Origin: Caldora sp.
GTDB lineage: Bacteria > Cyanobacteriota > Cyanobacteriia > Cyanobacteriales > Coleofasciculaceae
Direction: 5' to 3'
NCBI GenBank assembly: GCA_965222765.1
Contig: CBDCVG010000043.1
Span: 97,053-161,052 of the forward strand
Length of the DNA: 64,000 nt
The notes under the pieces were generated by a model, which had not been told where the DNA came from, did not search any database, and saw only the letters and a program-made list of their open reading frames with translations. The translations under genes and the position numbers were made by a program. Of the stretch, positions 52,886 to 62,493 are shown piece by piece (within the stretch, counting starts at the first letter, position 1; every line of letters begins with the position of its first letter).

Positions 52886-53395
52886 TAAACCATTGGCGGT
52901 ACTCGGCTACGCCTCGATCAATCCGCCTCGGTTATAGCGGGAGCCTTCTGCCGACATTAAGGTAATTTTTTGGAGATGCCCTACTAGGCAACCTATAAAT
53001 TTATTTAGATTCTTGGCAATTAGGGTGCTCTAAAGAGGTCAACAGCTTCATTGCTTAACTCCTGGAGTCCCCTAAAGAACCTTCGGATTTTACCGACGTA
53101 AACATATCATACCAAGTTGCTTTCCTCTGAAGAAACACTCCTTCGGAGTGAGGGTATGGGGTGTAGGGTATCGATTGTGGAACTGGCATCTTGCCAGTTG
53201 CTCTGAAGAAACAAGGCAGGAGGCAGTCCCGATGAAAAATTTTTTTCACCACCAGGTGATGAAAGTAGGGGCGAATGGCCATTCGCCCCTACTGCTCTCG
53301 ACTCCCTACTTTCAAGTCAGGAGGGAAGAGGGTTTGGCTTGTTTCTTCCTTTCATAGCAGGTGGTACACCGCCTGTCAGGCGCTTTCTAAAAACA

Positions 53396-53570
53396 TCACC
53401 GAAAGCGGCACCGAAGCCCATTCCTTAAGGGATTGGAGGGATAGCCGCCTGCCGCTTGGTTGTTAGTTGTTTGTTAGTTGTTTGTTAGAAAGTTTTTTGA
53501 CAAACAACCAACAACTAATAACTTGCTAACACGAAATCCCCCATGCTTTAGCCGGGGGATGAGTTAAATG
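53396..53570. repeat. Dispersed repeat family 3 copy
   Basis: Aligns with 24486-24652 and 52719-52885. Ends with hairpin atcccccatgctttagccgggggat then GAGTTAA. Confidence 0.55.
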
Positions 53571-53726
53571 ATGCTCCCAGAATTTTGTTGAGATATGTTA
53601 CAAAATTTCCTCGATTTTCCTGCGCCAACTGCATAAGTGGATTTTTGCACCGCTATTTACTCTATGTAGGGGTCAAAGCTGAGCCCCTAACCAAGTTCAA
53701 CAATTTCGACTTTCAGGAGAATCGAG

Positions 53727-54374
53727 ATGAATCAGAATTTACCCACCATTATCAACGGTACTGCTGGAGATGACACCGTGGAAGGAACTATCGGGATTGA
53801 CTTACTCCTCGGTTTCGGTGGTAATGATCTACTCCAAGGGAATGAGGGACACGATTTTCTATTTGGACATGCTGGTAATGATATCCTCTACGGAGGTGAG
53901 GGACATGATTATCTGTTAGGAGGTACTGGAAATGATCTCCTTTACGGAGATGAAGGCAGTGATATCCTCCTTGGCGGTGAAGGGAATGATCGTCTTTATG
54001 GGGGAATTGGCAGTGATTTACTTCTTGGTAATGATGGTAATGATGTTCTTGTTGGTGGAACTGGTGCGGATACTTTTGGCTTCCTCTCCCCCAACCAAGG
54101 AATTGATACCATCGTTGACTTTAATTTAGCCCAAGGAGACCTAATACAAATTTCTGCTAGTGGCTTTGGTGGTGGACTCACCGGAGGTACGCTGGATGCT
54201 GACCAGTTGACCATCGGTTCAGCTGCTACCAATGGAAGCGATCGCTTTATCTATAACGATGCCACAGGTGCTTTATTCTTTGACCCTGATGGCACAGGAG
54301 CTCTGGGACAAATCCAGTTTGCCCAACTTTCTACAGGGTTGGCTCTCACCAACAGTGACATTTTCGTTGTCTAG
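53727..54374 (+). CDS. RTX calcium-binding repeat protein (hemolysin-type nonapeptide repeats)
   Basis: Tandem GGxGNDxLx / GGEGxDxLx nonapeptides across about 120 aa. Confidence 0.8.
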   Translation: MNQNLPTIINGTAGDDTVEGTIGIDLLLGFGGNDLLQGNEGHDFLFGHAGNDILYGGEGHDYLLGGTGNDLLYGDEGSDILLGGEGNDRLYGGIGSDLLLGNDGNDVLVGGTGADTFGFLSPNQGIDTIVDFNLAQGDLIQISASGFGGGLTGGTLDADQLTIGSAATNGSDRFIYNDATGALFFDPDGTGALGQIQFAQLSTGLALTNSDIFVV

Positions 54375-54383
54375 AGCTGGGGA

Positions 54384-54414
54384 GATGCGCGACTTCTTGA
54401 AGAAGTCGCGCATC
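54384..54414 (+). terminator. Perfect 14-bp-stem hairpin immediately after the RTX gene (gatgcgcgacttctt-ga-agaagtcgcgcatc)
   Basis: Perfect inverted repeat; no clear U-tract, so an intrinsic-terminator function is uncertain. Confidence 0.4.
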
Positions 54415-54502
54415 TGGAGTATTCGCAATTGCATCTGAGTATTAAGGGCGCAAGCATTCATTAATCAGGGTAGTATTTTTGAGAGCAACTTAGAATTTAA
54501 CT

Positions 54503-56179
54503 ATGGAATCTTATGATGTTGTGATTATTGGTGCAGGTCACAATGGACTTGTCTGTGCCTCTTACTTGCTCAAAGCTGGTTATAGAGTATTGCTCCTGGA
54601 GGCTCGTTCTGTTCCTGGCGGTGCAGCAACTACTGAGGAAGCTTTGCCAGAGGAGGCCCCGGGTTTTAAGTTTAATCTTTGTGCCATCGACCACGAATTT
54701 ATTCACTTAGGACCAGTTGTCGAGGAATTAGAACTGCAAAAATATGGGTTGGAATATCTGTTCTGTGACCCTGTAGTCTTTTGTCCCCATCCTGATGGTA
54801 AGTATTTCTTAGGTCACCAGTCTGTAGAGAAAACCTGTGCTGAGATTGCTCGTTATAGCGATCGCGACGCCCAAAAATATGCTGAATTCACTGATTACTG
54901 GCAGCGGGTCACCAGCGCGATCGCGCCTTTGTTTAATGCACCACCTCAGTCAATTGTTGATATTTTGGGCAACTATCGTCTGGAGAATCTGCAAAATGCC
55001 TTGTCTGTAGTTGGTGGTGTCAACAAGACGCTTGACTGGTTGCGCAACATGATTACCAGTCCGGAAGATGTCCTCAACGAGTGGTTTGATTCTGAGTTCC
55101 TCAAAGCACCCCTCGCTAGACTCGCCGCCGAATTAGGAACACCTCCTTCCCAAAAAACTACTGCTATTGGGGCGATGATGATGTCTCTGCGCCACCATCC
55201 TGGGATGGCAAGACCGAAAGGAGGTACTGGGGCACTTACCCAAGCTCTCTTAAAGTTGGTCAAAAGTAAAGGTGGCGTCGTTTTATGTGATCAACCGGTT
55301 CAGCAAGTTTTAATTGATGATAATTATCGGGCTGTGGGAGTAAAAGTATTAGGTGGCAAAGAGTATCGTGCCAACAAGGGAGTAATTTCTAATATTGACG
55401 CCCAGCGGTTGTTTCTTCAGATGGTTGACTCCAGTGCTCTCCATTCAGCAGATCCCAAACTGGAGGAGAGACTAAAGAGAAGAATTGTTAACAATAATGA
55501 AACAATTCTTAAAATTGATTGTGCCTTGTCAGAAGTACCTCGCTTTGAAGCTTTTAATCACCAAGATGAATATCTGATTGGTACAGTGCTGATTGCTGAT
55601 TCCGTAGCCCATGTAGAACAAGCTCATGCTCTAGCACAAATGGGACAGATCCCTGACTCCGACCCTTCCCTGTATCTGGATGTACCTACAGTGCTAGATC
55701 CATCTATGGCACCATTTGGCAAGCATACCCTGTGGATTGAGTTTTTTGCCCCCTATCAAATTGCTGGAGCTGAGGGAACGGGTTTAAACGGTACTGGTTG
55801 GACGGATGAGTTGAAGAATAAAGTTGCTGACCGGGTGATTGATAAATTAGCAGATTATGCGCCGAATCTTAAGCAAGGAATCATAGCACGTCGAGTGGAA
55901 AGTCCAGCGGAATTGGGAGCAAGGTTGGGAGCTCATAAAGGAAATTATTATCACCTAGATATGACTTTAGATCAGATGATTTTCTTGCGTCCTTTACCGG
56001 AAATTGCTAACTATACAACACCAATTAAAGGGTTATTTCTTACAGGAGCTGGTACACATCCGGGGGGGTCAATTTCTGGAATGCCGGGACGTAATTGTGC
56101 TAGGGTGTTTTTGAATAGTCAGCAGCCATTTAGTCATAAAGTTAAAGATCTTATCAGTTACTTAAAATCGATGGTGTAA
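54503..56179 (+). CDS. FAD-dependent oxidoreductase of the phytoene desaturase (CrtI) family
   Basis: N-terminal dinucleotide fold YDVVIIGAGHNGLVCASYLLKAGYRVLLLEAR...GGAATT; 558 aa. Confidence 0.7.
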   Translation: MESYDVVIIGAGHNGLVCASYLLKAGYRVLLLEARSVPGGAATTEEALPEEAPGFKFNLCAIDHEFIHLGPVVEELELQKYGLEYLFCDPVVFCPHPDGKYFLGHQSVEKTCAEIARYSDRDAQKYAEFTDYWQRVTSAIAPLFNAPPQSIVDILGNYRLENLQNALSVVGGVNKTLDWLRNMITSPEDVLNEWFDSEFLKAPLARLAAELGTPPSQKTTAIGAMMMSLRHHPGMARPKGGTGALTQALLKLVKSKGGVVLCDQPVQQVLIDDNYRAVGVKVLGGKEYRANKGVISNIDAQRLFLQMVDSSALHSADPKLEERLKRRIVNNNETILKIDCALSEVPRFEAFNHQDEYLIGTVLIADSVAHVEQAHALAQMGQIPDSDPSLYLDVPTVLDPSMAPFGKHTLWIEFFAPYQIAGAEGTGLNGTGWTDELKNKVADRVIDKLADYAPNLKQGIIARRVESPAELGARLGAHKGNYYHLDMTLDQMIFLRPLPEIANYTTPIKGLFLTGAGTHPGGSISGMPGRNCARVFLNSQQPFSHKVKDLISYLKSMV

Positions 56180-56189
56180 ATAATATAAT

Positions 56190-56450
56190 AAGCTAGTACC
56201 GCTGTGCGGAATTAAGAATTAAGAATTAAGAATTAAGAATGCTTATAGAGTAAGGATTATATCGCTCTCAAGCTGGTCACAAAAAGCGATGGGGAAGCCA
56301 ACTCATTAAAGGGGTTGGAGGAAATGTCGCCCCACCGCTTTGTCATTTGTCAAGTGTCATGGGTCATTAGTAAAAAGGACAAAGGACTAATGACGCGAAA
56401 TCCCACGTAATGCAAGTCGTGGGATGAGATTAATTATTTCCGCCGTCCTA
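56190..56450. repeat. Composite repeat: STRR (GAATTAA x4, 56209-56240) plus a diverged family-3-like element; a shorter reverse-complement copy lies at 32150-32250
   Basis: 56190-56280 is the reverse complement of 32161-32250. The interior ends with atcccacgtaatgcaagtcgtgggatgagattaatt. Confidence 0.5.
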
Positions 56451-56495
56451 AGCTAGGATAGTTTTATACTCTTTTACCCTATTTCGGAAACACCT

Positions 56496-56933
56496 ATGGT
56501 TAAAACTAATGATAATGACTCAGTTGTAATCAATGCATCTATTTATGATGAGATTACAGATAAGTTAATTCCTGAAGAATTAGCGATTGAGAATCAAGGT
56601 ACAAGTGAACTGATTACTAAAGATAATGAGCCTGTACTGCAAGCGGTCATTCAACAGCAAAGCACAAAGGAACTAGGAACTGATGTTCATAACTCACTTG
56701 TGATAAAAGCTCCTATTTATGACGAGATTACAGAAGATTTATTGACTCAAAAAGCATCTATTACCAATGAAGGTAGAAAGGGATTAGTTACTGAGGATAA
56801 TGATTTTTTAGGGCAAACTGTGTTGCCACAGCAAAGCAACAGGGAAATAGTAAGTGAAGGTGATGAATTAATTATGGTCAAAGCACCTATTTACGATGAA
56901 ATTACAGAAGATTTATTGACTCAAGAGGGTTAA
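56496..56933 (+). CDS. Hypothetical protein made of three ~48-aa repeats (KAPIYDEITEDLLTQ...)
   Basis: Internal triplication visible in the translation. AT-rich. Stop immediately followed by a MITE end fragment. Confidence 0.45.
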   Translation: MVKTNDNDSVVINASIYDEITDKLIPEELAIENQGTSELITKDNEPVLQAVIQQQSTKELGTDVHNSLVIKAPIYDEITEDLLTQKASITNEGRKGLVTEDNDFLGQTVLPQQSNREIVSEGDELIMVKAPIYDEITEDLLTQEG

Positions 56934-57276
56934 ATAGGGCTTGCTGCATCAGTGTGAAAACTATACCAGACAGGGCTTCAAAAGGAGCCAGTCAAGGGTG
57001 AGCGAAAAAACGTGTGGGGAAAAGAGTAAGCAGACACGGAGACGCGGAGATGCGGAGATATTGAAATCCCACGCAAAATTTCGTTCACCCGCCAGTCAAG
57101 AAACCCGGTTTCTGAGGGATACTGATATTTCTTTGTTGTCCTCACAAGAAACCGAGTTTTTGATACCTCTCTTCTGTCACTCTGGGATATTTCCACGAAT
57201 TTACGGCATTACAGCCAAGGTAAAATCAACGTTTCAACCCGGTTTGACAGAAGAGAGGTAATACTTAAACGGCGCT

Positions 57277-58809
57277 CTAAGACTTACTAGGAAAATGTGC
57301 CCAGGTAGTTGTGGGAGAACCTGTCATACTCTTTCGAGATAATAAACCATAACTGTATTCAAGATTATCTCCAGTCAGTTTAGTATTGTAGCCATAGGAA
57401 AACCATTCACCATAGGGGTCATTAACATACCAACATTGCTTAGATTCACTAAAGCCTCGGATAACAATAATGTGTCCTCCGTGGGTGAGTGTTCCCGAGT
57501 AGATGACAGGGTTACCCTTGCGTAAATGTTCTTTGACTTCCTCCCAAGTGGCATCAGTTTTAAACGTATCCTGGATACCATATTCTTGAAACAGTTTAAC
57601 AAGGTTGGAATGATAAGTACGGTTCCAGCCTTTGCCCTCCAAAAATGTAAAAAATTCGTCCTCTAGCTGAATCTTAGTTTGCCGGGGTTTAACACCGAAG
57701 AAGCTACAACACATTGCTACACAGGTAACGTTGCAAGTGACGTGCGGTTTGTATCTGTTGTCCAGTTGAGAAAAGAAGGGGACTTTGATGTTAACTTCAT
57801 TGCGGTTTACAGTATCTGGTCCTGGAGAGCTCCAAATCGTTTTAGTTTTTTCCAAAACTTTTTTGGGCGTTTTACTCTGCAATAGCTCAATTGCTTCTTT
57901 GCTAGTATTTTTCAACAGAAATGCTACAGCCTCGTTTTGTTTACTGACAGTGGTATCCCACTCTTCAATAACATCTGTTAGGAGAAACTCTGGTTCAGGA
58001 ATAATCAGCTTGACATGACCAGAAAAAAGATAATCTTCTTCATTGTTGGGTAACCTGGGATCATCCCACTTAACTAGGTAATGTCCTTGTTTCTCAGCAT
58101 AGCCTTTAATCTGGTATTTACCAGGCTTAATACTTTTAAGAGAAATACCTTGCTTGATTAATTTTTTGGAAAGGATTGGCTGAGGTTTGAGAGGAGTTGT
58201 TTTTAAAACCTCTAAAGTCGCTGGTATCATGGTCATTGAGCCATGGGTATCATCATCACCAATAGGTTCAACTACCTGAGATAAACCTTGATCGTTGTCA
58301 GATGAATCTCTATCGTTGGAGTTTTCCGCCGGAGCCATAAACAGCTGTCCTTCTAGCTGACGACGTTTTACTAATCCTTGCAAAACTCCATATGTCCCTT
58401 TGTTCCACCACTGAAGAGCTTCGACACAACCTTTGTAATCTCCTTGATTGAGGCGCTTTAGAGCTGTAGATCTTCCTAAAGCTCCTTCTCCACAGTTGTA
58501 GGCAAAGCTAACTAAAGCAGAAAACTGATTCTCGTTGAGCTCAACCTTGACTAGCTTCTTTACAGCTTTTTCAAAATATTCCATATCCTCCCTTAGCCAA
58601 TCTTCAGCAGTAGATTCTGTAATGACTAAGCCTGGTTTTAAACGAGAACCAGTTGTACCATAACCGATAGTTAGGACACCAGAAGGGCAATAATAGGTTT
58701 TTACTAATTGTTCTCCATTTCTCTTACCACATTTTTTATGCAGACCTTCACATTTTTTAACCAAATTTATTCCGACTTGATTAATTTTCAGATTTTCGTT
58801 CATGTTCAC
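57277..58809 (-). CDS. Two-domain cell-wall hydrolase: N-terminal GH24 phage-type lysozyme plus C-terminal papain-like Cys peptidase (C39-like), no signal peptide
   Basis: CEGLHKK...TIGYGTTG...QFSALVSFAYNCG...RRQLEGQLF matches the lambda-R / T4-type lysozyme catalytic core. The C-terminus has Cys (CNVTCVAMCCSFFG) then His (GGHIIVIRG) about 90 aa later. Confidence 0.75.
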   Translation of the reverse strand: MNMNENLKINQVGINLVKKCEGLHKKCGKRNGEQLVKTYYCPSGVLTIGYGTTGSRLKPGLVITESTAEDWLREDMEYFEKAVKKLVKVELNENQFSALVSFAYNCGEGALGRSTALKRLNQGDYKGCVEALQWWNKGTYGVLQGLVKRRQLEGQLFMAPAENSNDRDSSDNDQGLSQVVEPIGDDDTHGSMTMIPATLEVLKTTPLKPQPILSKKLIKQGISLKSIKPGKYQIKGYAEKQGHYLVKWDDPRLPNNEEDYLFSGHVKLIIPEPEFLLTDVIEEWDTTVSKQNEAVAFLLKNTSKEAIELLQSKTPKKVLEKTKTIWSSPGPDTVNRNEVNIKVPFFSQLDNRYKPHVTCNVTCVAMCCSFFGVKPRQTKIQLEDEFFTFLEGKGWNRTYHSNLVKLFQEYGIQDTFKTDATWEEVKEHLRKGNPVIYSGTLTHGGHIIVIRGFSESKQCWYVNDPYGEWFSYGYNTKLTGDNLEYSYGLLSRKSMTGSPTTTWAHFPSKS

Positions 58810-58885
58810 CCTGATAATCAGTTGTCAATCGATTTGATGCACTATAGAAATAATAAGGAAAAAATATTTAATTGGAAAAGTAAAT

Positions 58886-60385
58886 CTAAAAATCGAAATA
58901 GATGTAAGGTTGACCACCTTGAGGAGCCAGTACCCAGACAGTATATAACCCCAACGGCATCAATAAAAGCTTCACTGGCCAGTTAAGTTGTAATTTTAAA
59001 CCCCTGTAGAAAAAGTAAACTAGGGTCATTAGTACTACTAATATCCCTATCAGGAAAGCTATCTGAAGACGTCCTAAACCAAGTGCCTCAATATAGACTT
59101 TTTGGGCAAATTGAATATCAGCTGGTTGACCCCAGAGGTGTTGGACAGCTAAAGTAGCTTGACTGAGCTTGGGTAACCGGAAAAAAATCCAAGAGACGAA
59201 TACCATTGACTGAGTCAAAAACCAGGCAACTAAAACCCCTATCCAGCTTTGCCACCAAAGTTTTACCCAATTTAATCCATTAGCTACAGCATCAGTCAAT
59301 CGGTGAATTACTAAAGCTAAGCCATGCAACCCTCCCCAGACAAGAAAACCCCAGGCAGCTCCGTGCCAGATGCCAGTAATGAGCATGACTATCACTAGGT
59401 TCAAGCAAGTTCTACTTAGTCCCTTACGAGAGCCACCCAAGGGAAAGTAGAGATAGTTGCGAATCCAATCTCCTAGAGTCATGTGCCAACGGCGCCAAAA
59501 ATCGGCAATACTGGTGCTGAAGTAAGGAAAATCAAAGTTTTCTGGGAGATTAATTCCCATGAGAACTGCAGTACCCCTGGCAATGTCCACATAGCCACTG
59601 AAATCGAGATAGAGTTGCAAACCGTAGGCAAAGATTGCCAACCATAAATCACCACTACCAGCTCGCTCTAGGTTACCAAAACACAAATCAACTAAAATAC
59701 CAAGACGATCCCCTAATAGTGCCTTTTTTACAGCACCACAGGTAATTAACCAAAGTCCCTCTGTAACTCGATCGAGGGTAGGGAATTGTAAGTTCTTCAG
59801 TCTACCGGTAAATTGATGGTAGCGAGTTATGGGACCAGAAATCAATTTGGGAAAATACAGTTTGTAAGCGGTGAACTGCAGTAACTGCTTAGTTGCTGGA
59901 GCACCGCGATAGACATCTATTAAGTAGGCAATGCACTCGAAGGTGAAGAAGGATATTCCCAACGGAGCAATTAAGTAAGTGCTAATCCAACTGGCACTCT
60001 CCTCAACTACTGGTAAATTAAGAGGAGCTGCAATGTTGCTCAAGATAAAAGGAACATACTTGAAGCTCACTAAGCAGATAACATTCAAAAGAACACCCAG
60101 GCACAAAAGCTTCAAGCGTCGCTGATTCCATCTCTTTTGAGCAGACTGCCACTTTTTCGTATTCTGTCGTCCTGGTGCTAGATTCGCTCCAATTGCTCTT
60201 CCCAGATAAAAGTTAATTAGAGTAATAGCTAATAGTAGGGGTATGTATTGAATTTGTAGTGAAGCATAAAAGGTCAAACTGCCAATTAGTAGTATCCACA
60301 GTTTTCCAGATGGGGATTTCATAGACCAGTAGATTCCCAGGAAAACCAGCAGAAAAAGACCGTAGGTAGTTGAGATAAATGTCAT
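58886..60385 (-). CDS. MBOAT-family membrane O-acyltransferase (AlgI/DltB/PatA-like)
   Basis: ISFFTFECIAYLIDVYRG and WRRWHMTLGDWIRNYLYFPLGG with the conserved His; about 10 TM helices; 499 aa. Confidence 0.85.
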   Translation of the reverse strand: MTFISTTYGLFLLVFLGIYWSMKSPSGKLWILLIGSLTFYASLQIQYIPLLLAITLINFYLGRAIGANLAPGRQNTKKWQSAQKRWNQRRLKLLCLGVLLNVICLVSFKYVPFILSNIAAPLNLPVVEESASWISTYLIAPLGISFFTFECIAYLIDVYRGAPATKQLLQFTAYKLYFPKLISGPITRYHQFTGRLKNLQFPTLDRVTEGLWLITCGAVKKALLGDRLGILVDLCFGNLERAGSGDLWLAIFAYGLQLYLDFSGYVDIARGTAVLMGINLPENFDFPYFSTSIADFWRRWHMTLGDWIRNYLYFPLGGSRKGLSRTCLNLVIVMLITGIWHGAAWGFLVWGGLHGLALVIHRLTDAVANGLNWVKLWWQSWIGVLVAWFLTQSMVFVSWIFFRLPKLSQATLAVQHLWGQPADIQFAQKVYIEALGLGRLQIAFLIGILVVLMTLVYFFYRGLKLQLNWPVKLLLMPLGLYTVWVLAPQGGQPYIYFDF

Positions 60386-60534
60386 TTTAAGTTAAAGAGA
60401 GTATATCATCCCAGACTTGAGCGAAAGCTCCAGATGGTATAATCAAGCATAAATGAACAGATGAACTAGTTTCAGCTTATTTAGTTGCGATCGCCTACGG
60501 TACTAGCAAAGCTAATCGCCACAGATGAAAAACG

Positions 60535-61260
60535 ATGACCCTCTCCCCTCTAAAAACCCCCATCTTTTATCCAGAACCGGATGGCTCTCCTATGGCAGAA
60601 AGCGACCCTAACCGCGACTATCTAGTTTATGGGGTTGAGTCTCTCAAACTCTATTTTCAACACCGCCAGGATGTTTACGTTTCCGGCAATCTCTGGCTAT
60701 CTTATGAGCAAGGAGTCCCTGATGCAGTTGTCTGTCCGGACGTGTTTGTCGTCTTTGGAGTAGAAAACCGTCCCCGCAGAAGTTACAAAGTGTGGGAAGA
60801 ACAGGGAAAAACTTCCGATTGGGTTTTAGAGGTGACTTCGAGCAGCACACGCCATAAGGACGAACGAGAGAAACCACATACTTATGCTCAAATGGGAGTG
60901 TCTGAGTATTTTCAATACGATCCTAGTAGAGATTATCTCAAACCCTCACTCAAAGGACGGCGTTTAACAAAAAATGGTTATCAAATTCTCACTCCTAATT
61001 ACCTGGAAAATGGAGAGTTGGTTTTTCCTTCATTGGTGTTAGGATTAGAGATACGGCTACTTCCCGATGGTCAGTTACGGTTTTTCAATGCTCAACAGGG
61101 AGAGTTTTTACGAACTTATCGCGAAGAAAGAGAAAGGGGCGATCGTGAACAACAACGAGCTGAGCAGGAACGGCAACGAGCTGAGCAGGAAGGACAACGA
61201 GCCGAGATCCTTGCCGCAAAATTGCGTGAACTAGGAATCGATCCCTCGGAATTATTGTAA
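60535..61260 (+). CDS. Uma2-family endonuclease (DUF820) with a C-terminal coiled-coil repeat (EQQRAEQERQRAEQEGQRAE)
   Basis: PD-(D/E)xK-like core (PDVFVVFG..., LEVTSSST) and tandem 33-nt repeats at 61150-61200. Confidence 0.7.
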   Translation: MTLSPLKTPIFYPEPDGSPMAESDPNRDYLVYGVESLKLYFQHRQDVYVSGNLWLSYEQGVPDAVVCPDVFVVFGVENRPRRSYKVWEEQGKTSDWVLEVTSSSTRHKDEREKPHTYAQMGVSEYFQYDPSRDYLKPSLKGRRLTKNGYQILTPNYLENGELVFPSLVLGLEIRLLPDGQLRFFNAQQGEFLRTYREERERGDREQQRAEQERQRAEQEGQRAEILAAKLRELGIDPSELL

Positions 61261-61286
61261 TCTCGTTCTTCAAAAAACTGCTATAG

Positions 61287-62459
61287 ATGGAAAGCCTAAC
61301 CTCTCGTATGCAGGAGGTGCAATCACCAATTATTCCCATTGTTGGGGAGCTAATTCGTCGCAACCCTGGAACTATCTCCTTAGGACAAGGTGTTGTTTAT
61401 TATGGCCCTCCCCCAGAAGCGATCGCACTTTTGCCTGAATTCCTTAAGTCTTTGCATAATCATCAATACCAACCGGTTCAGGGAATTCCCCCTTTGTTAT
61501 CAGCAATTGAGACAAAACTGCAAGCATCCAATTGTATTGAGATTAATGGAAAAAACTGCATCGTGGTGACAGCGGGAAGCAACATGGCTTTCATGAATGC
61601 GATTCTAGCTATTACCACTCCTGGTGATGAGATTATTATCCAGGTCCCCTATTATTTCAATCATGAGATGGCGATTACTATGGCAAGTTGTCGTCCTATT
61701 CTCGTAGCGACTGATGAGAATTACCAGCTACGTCCTGAAGCGATTGCCCAAGCAATTACAGAAAGAACTAGGGCTGTGGTAACAATTTCCCCTAATAATC
61801 CCACTGGAGCTGTGTATTCTCAAGAGGCGTTGCGGGAAGTTAATCAAATCTGTTGCGATCGCGGTATTTACCACATTAGTGATGAAGCCTACGAGTATTT
61901 TACCTACAACGGGGTGAAACATGTTTCACCAGGAGCCTTTCCCCAAAGTAGTGAATACACTATTTCCCTCTACTCCCTTTCCAAAGCCTACGGTTTTGCC
62001 AGTTGGCGCATCGGTTATATGGTAATTCCTCAACATCTACTTGGGGCTGTGAAGAAAGTTCAGGATACGATTCTGATTTGTCCTCCAGTAGTTTCCCAAT
62101 ACGCGGCTTTAGGAGCACTACAGGTAGGAGTTGACTACTGCAAAGATCATATTAGTGCGATCGCAACTGTGCGACAGCTAGCACTAAACTCCCTAAATCG
62201 ACTCAAAGATGTATGTACGATTGCTCCTGCTGATGGTGCTTTCTATTTTTTCCTCAAGGTTCATACTAAGCTAAGTGCTTTTGAGTTGGTAGAGCAACTA
62301 ATACAAGAATATCGAGTAGCGGTAATTCCTGGTACTACCTTTGGTATGGATGATGGCTGTTACTTGCGAGTTGCTTACGGGGCCCTACAAAAGGAGACGG
62401 CAAAAGAGGGTATTGAGAGATTAGTGAGAGGTTTAGAAACAATATCTGTAGAGACGTAG
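61287..62459 (+). CDS. Class I/II PLP-dependent aminotransferase (aspartate aminotransferase-like)
   Basis: NPTG motif and SLSKAYGFASWRIGY (SxSKxxGxxGxRxGY) PLP-lysine motif; 390 aa. Confidence 0.85.
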   Translation: MESLTSRMQEVQSPIIPIVGELIRRNPGTISLGQGVVYYGPPPEAIALLPEFLKSLHNHQYQPVQGIPPLLSAIETKLQASNCIEINGKNCIVVTAGSNMAFMNAILAITTPGDEIIIQVPYYFNHEMAITMASCRPILVATDENYQLRPEAIAQAITERTRAVVTISPNNPTGAVYSQEALREVNQICCDRGIYHISDEAYEYFTYNGVKHVSPGAFPQSSEYTISLYSLSKAYGFASWRIGYMVIPQHLLGAVKKVQDTILICPPVVSQYAALGALQVGVDYCKDHISAIATVRQLALNSLNRLKDVCTIAPADGAFYFFLKVHTKLSAFELVEQLIQEYRVAVIPGTTFGMDDGCYLRVAYGALQKETAKEGIERLVRGLETISVET

Positions 62460-62493
62460 CAGGCTACGTCTTTACATCTCTTAGAGTTGCCCT

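Larger units (their letters stand above)
51205..52965. mobile_element. IS200/IS605-family element with solo tnpB (IS1341-like); tnpA position occupied by a family-3 small repeat
   Basis: RE hairpin cccgctaacctctaacgaggtatagcggg at about 51336-51365, overlapping the tnpB 3' end. LE-like ...ggttatagcgggagccttctgccgacattaagg at 52925-52960 matches the LE of the first IS (ctgccgacattaag). Confidence 0.6.

Noticed and set aside
53055-53466. Several 60-75-aa ORFs in the 52640-53720 gap
   Set aside because: The region is built from dispersed repeats (family 3) and palindromes. The ORFs overlap each other in different frames and have no coding signal.
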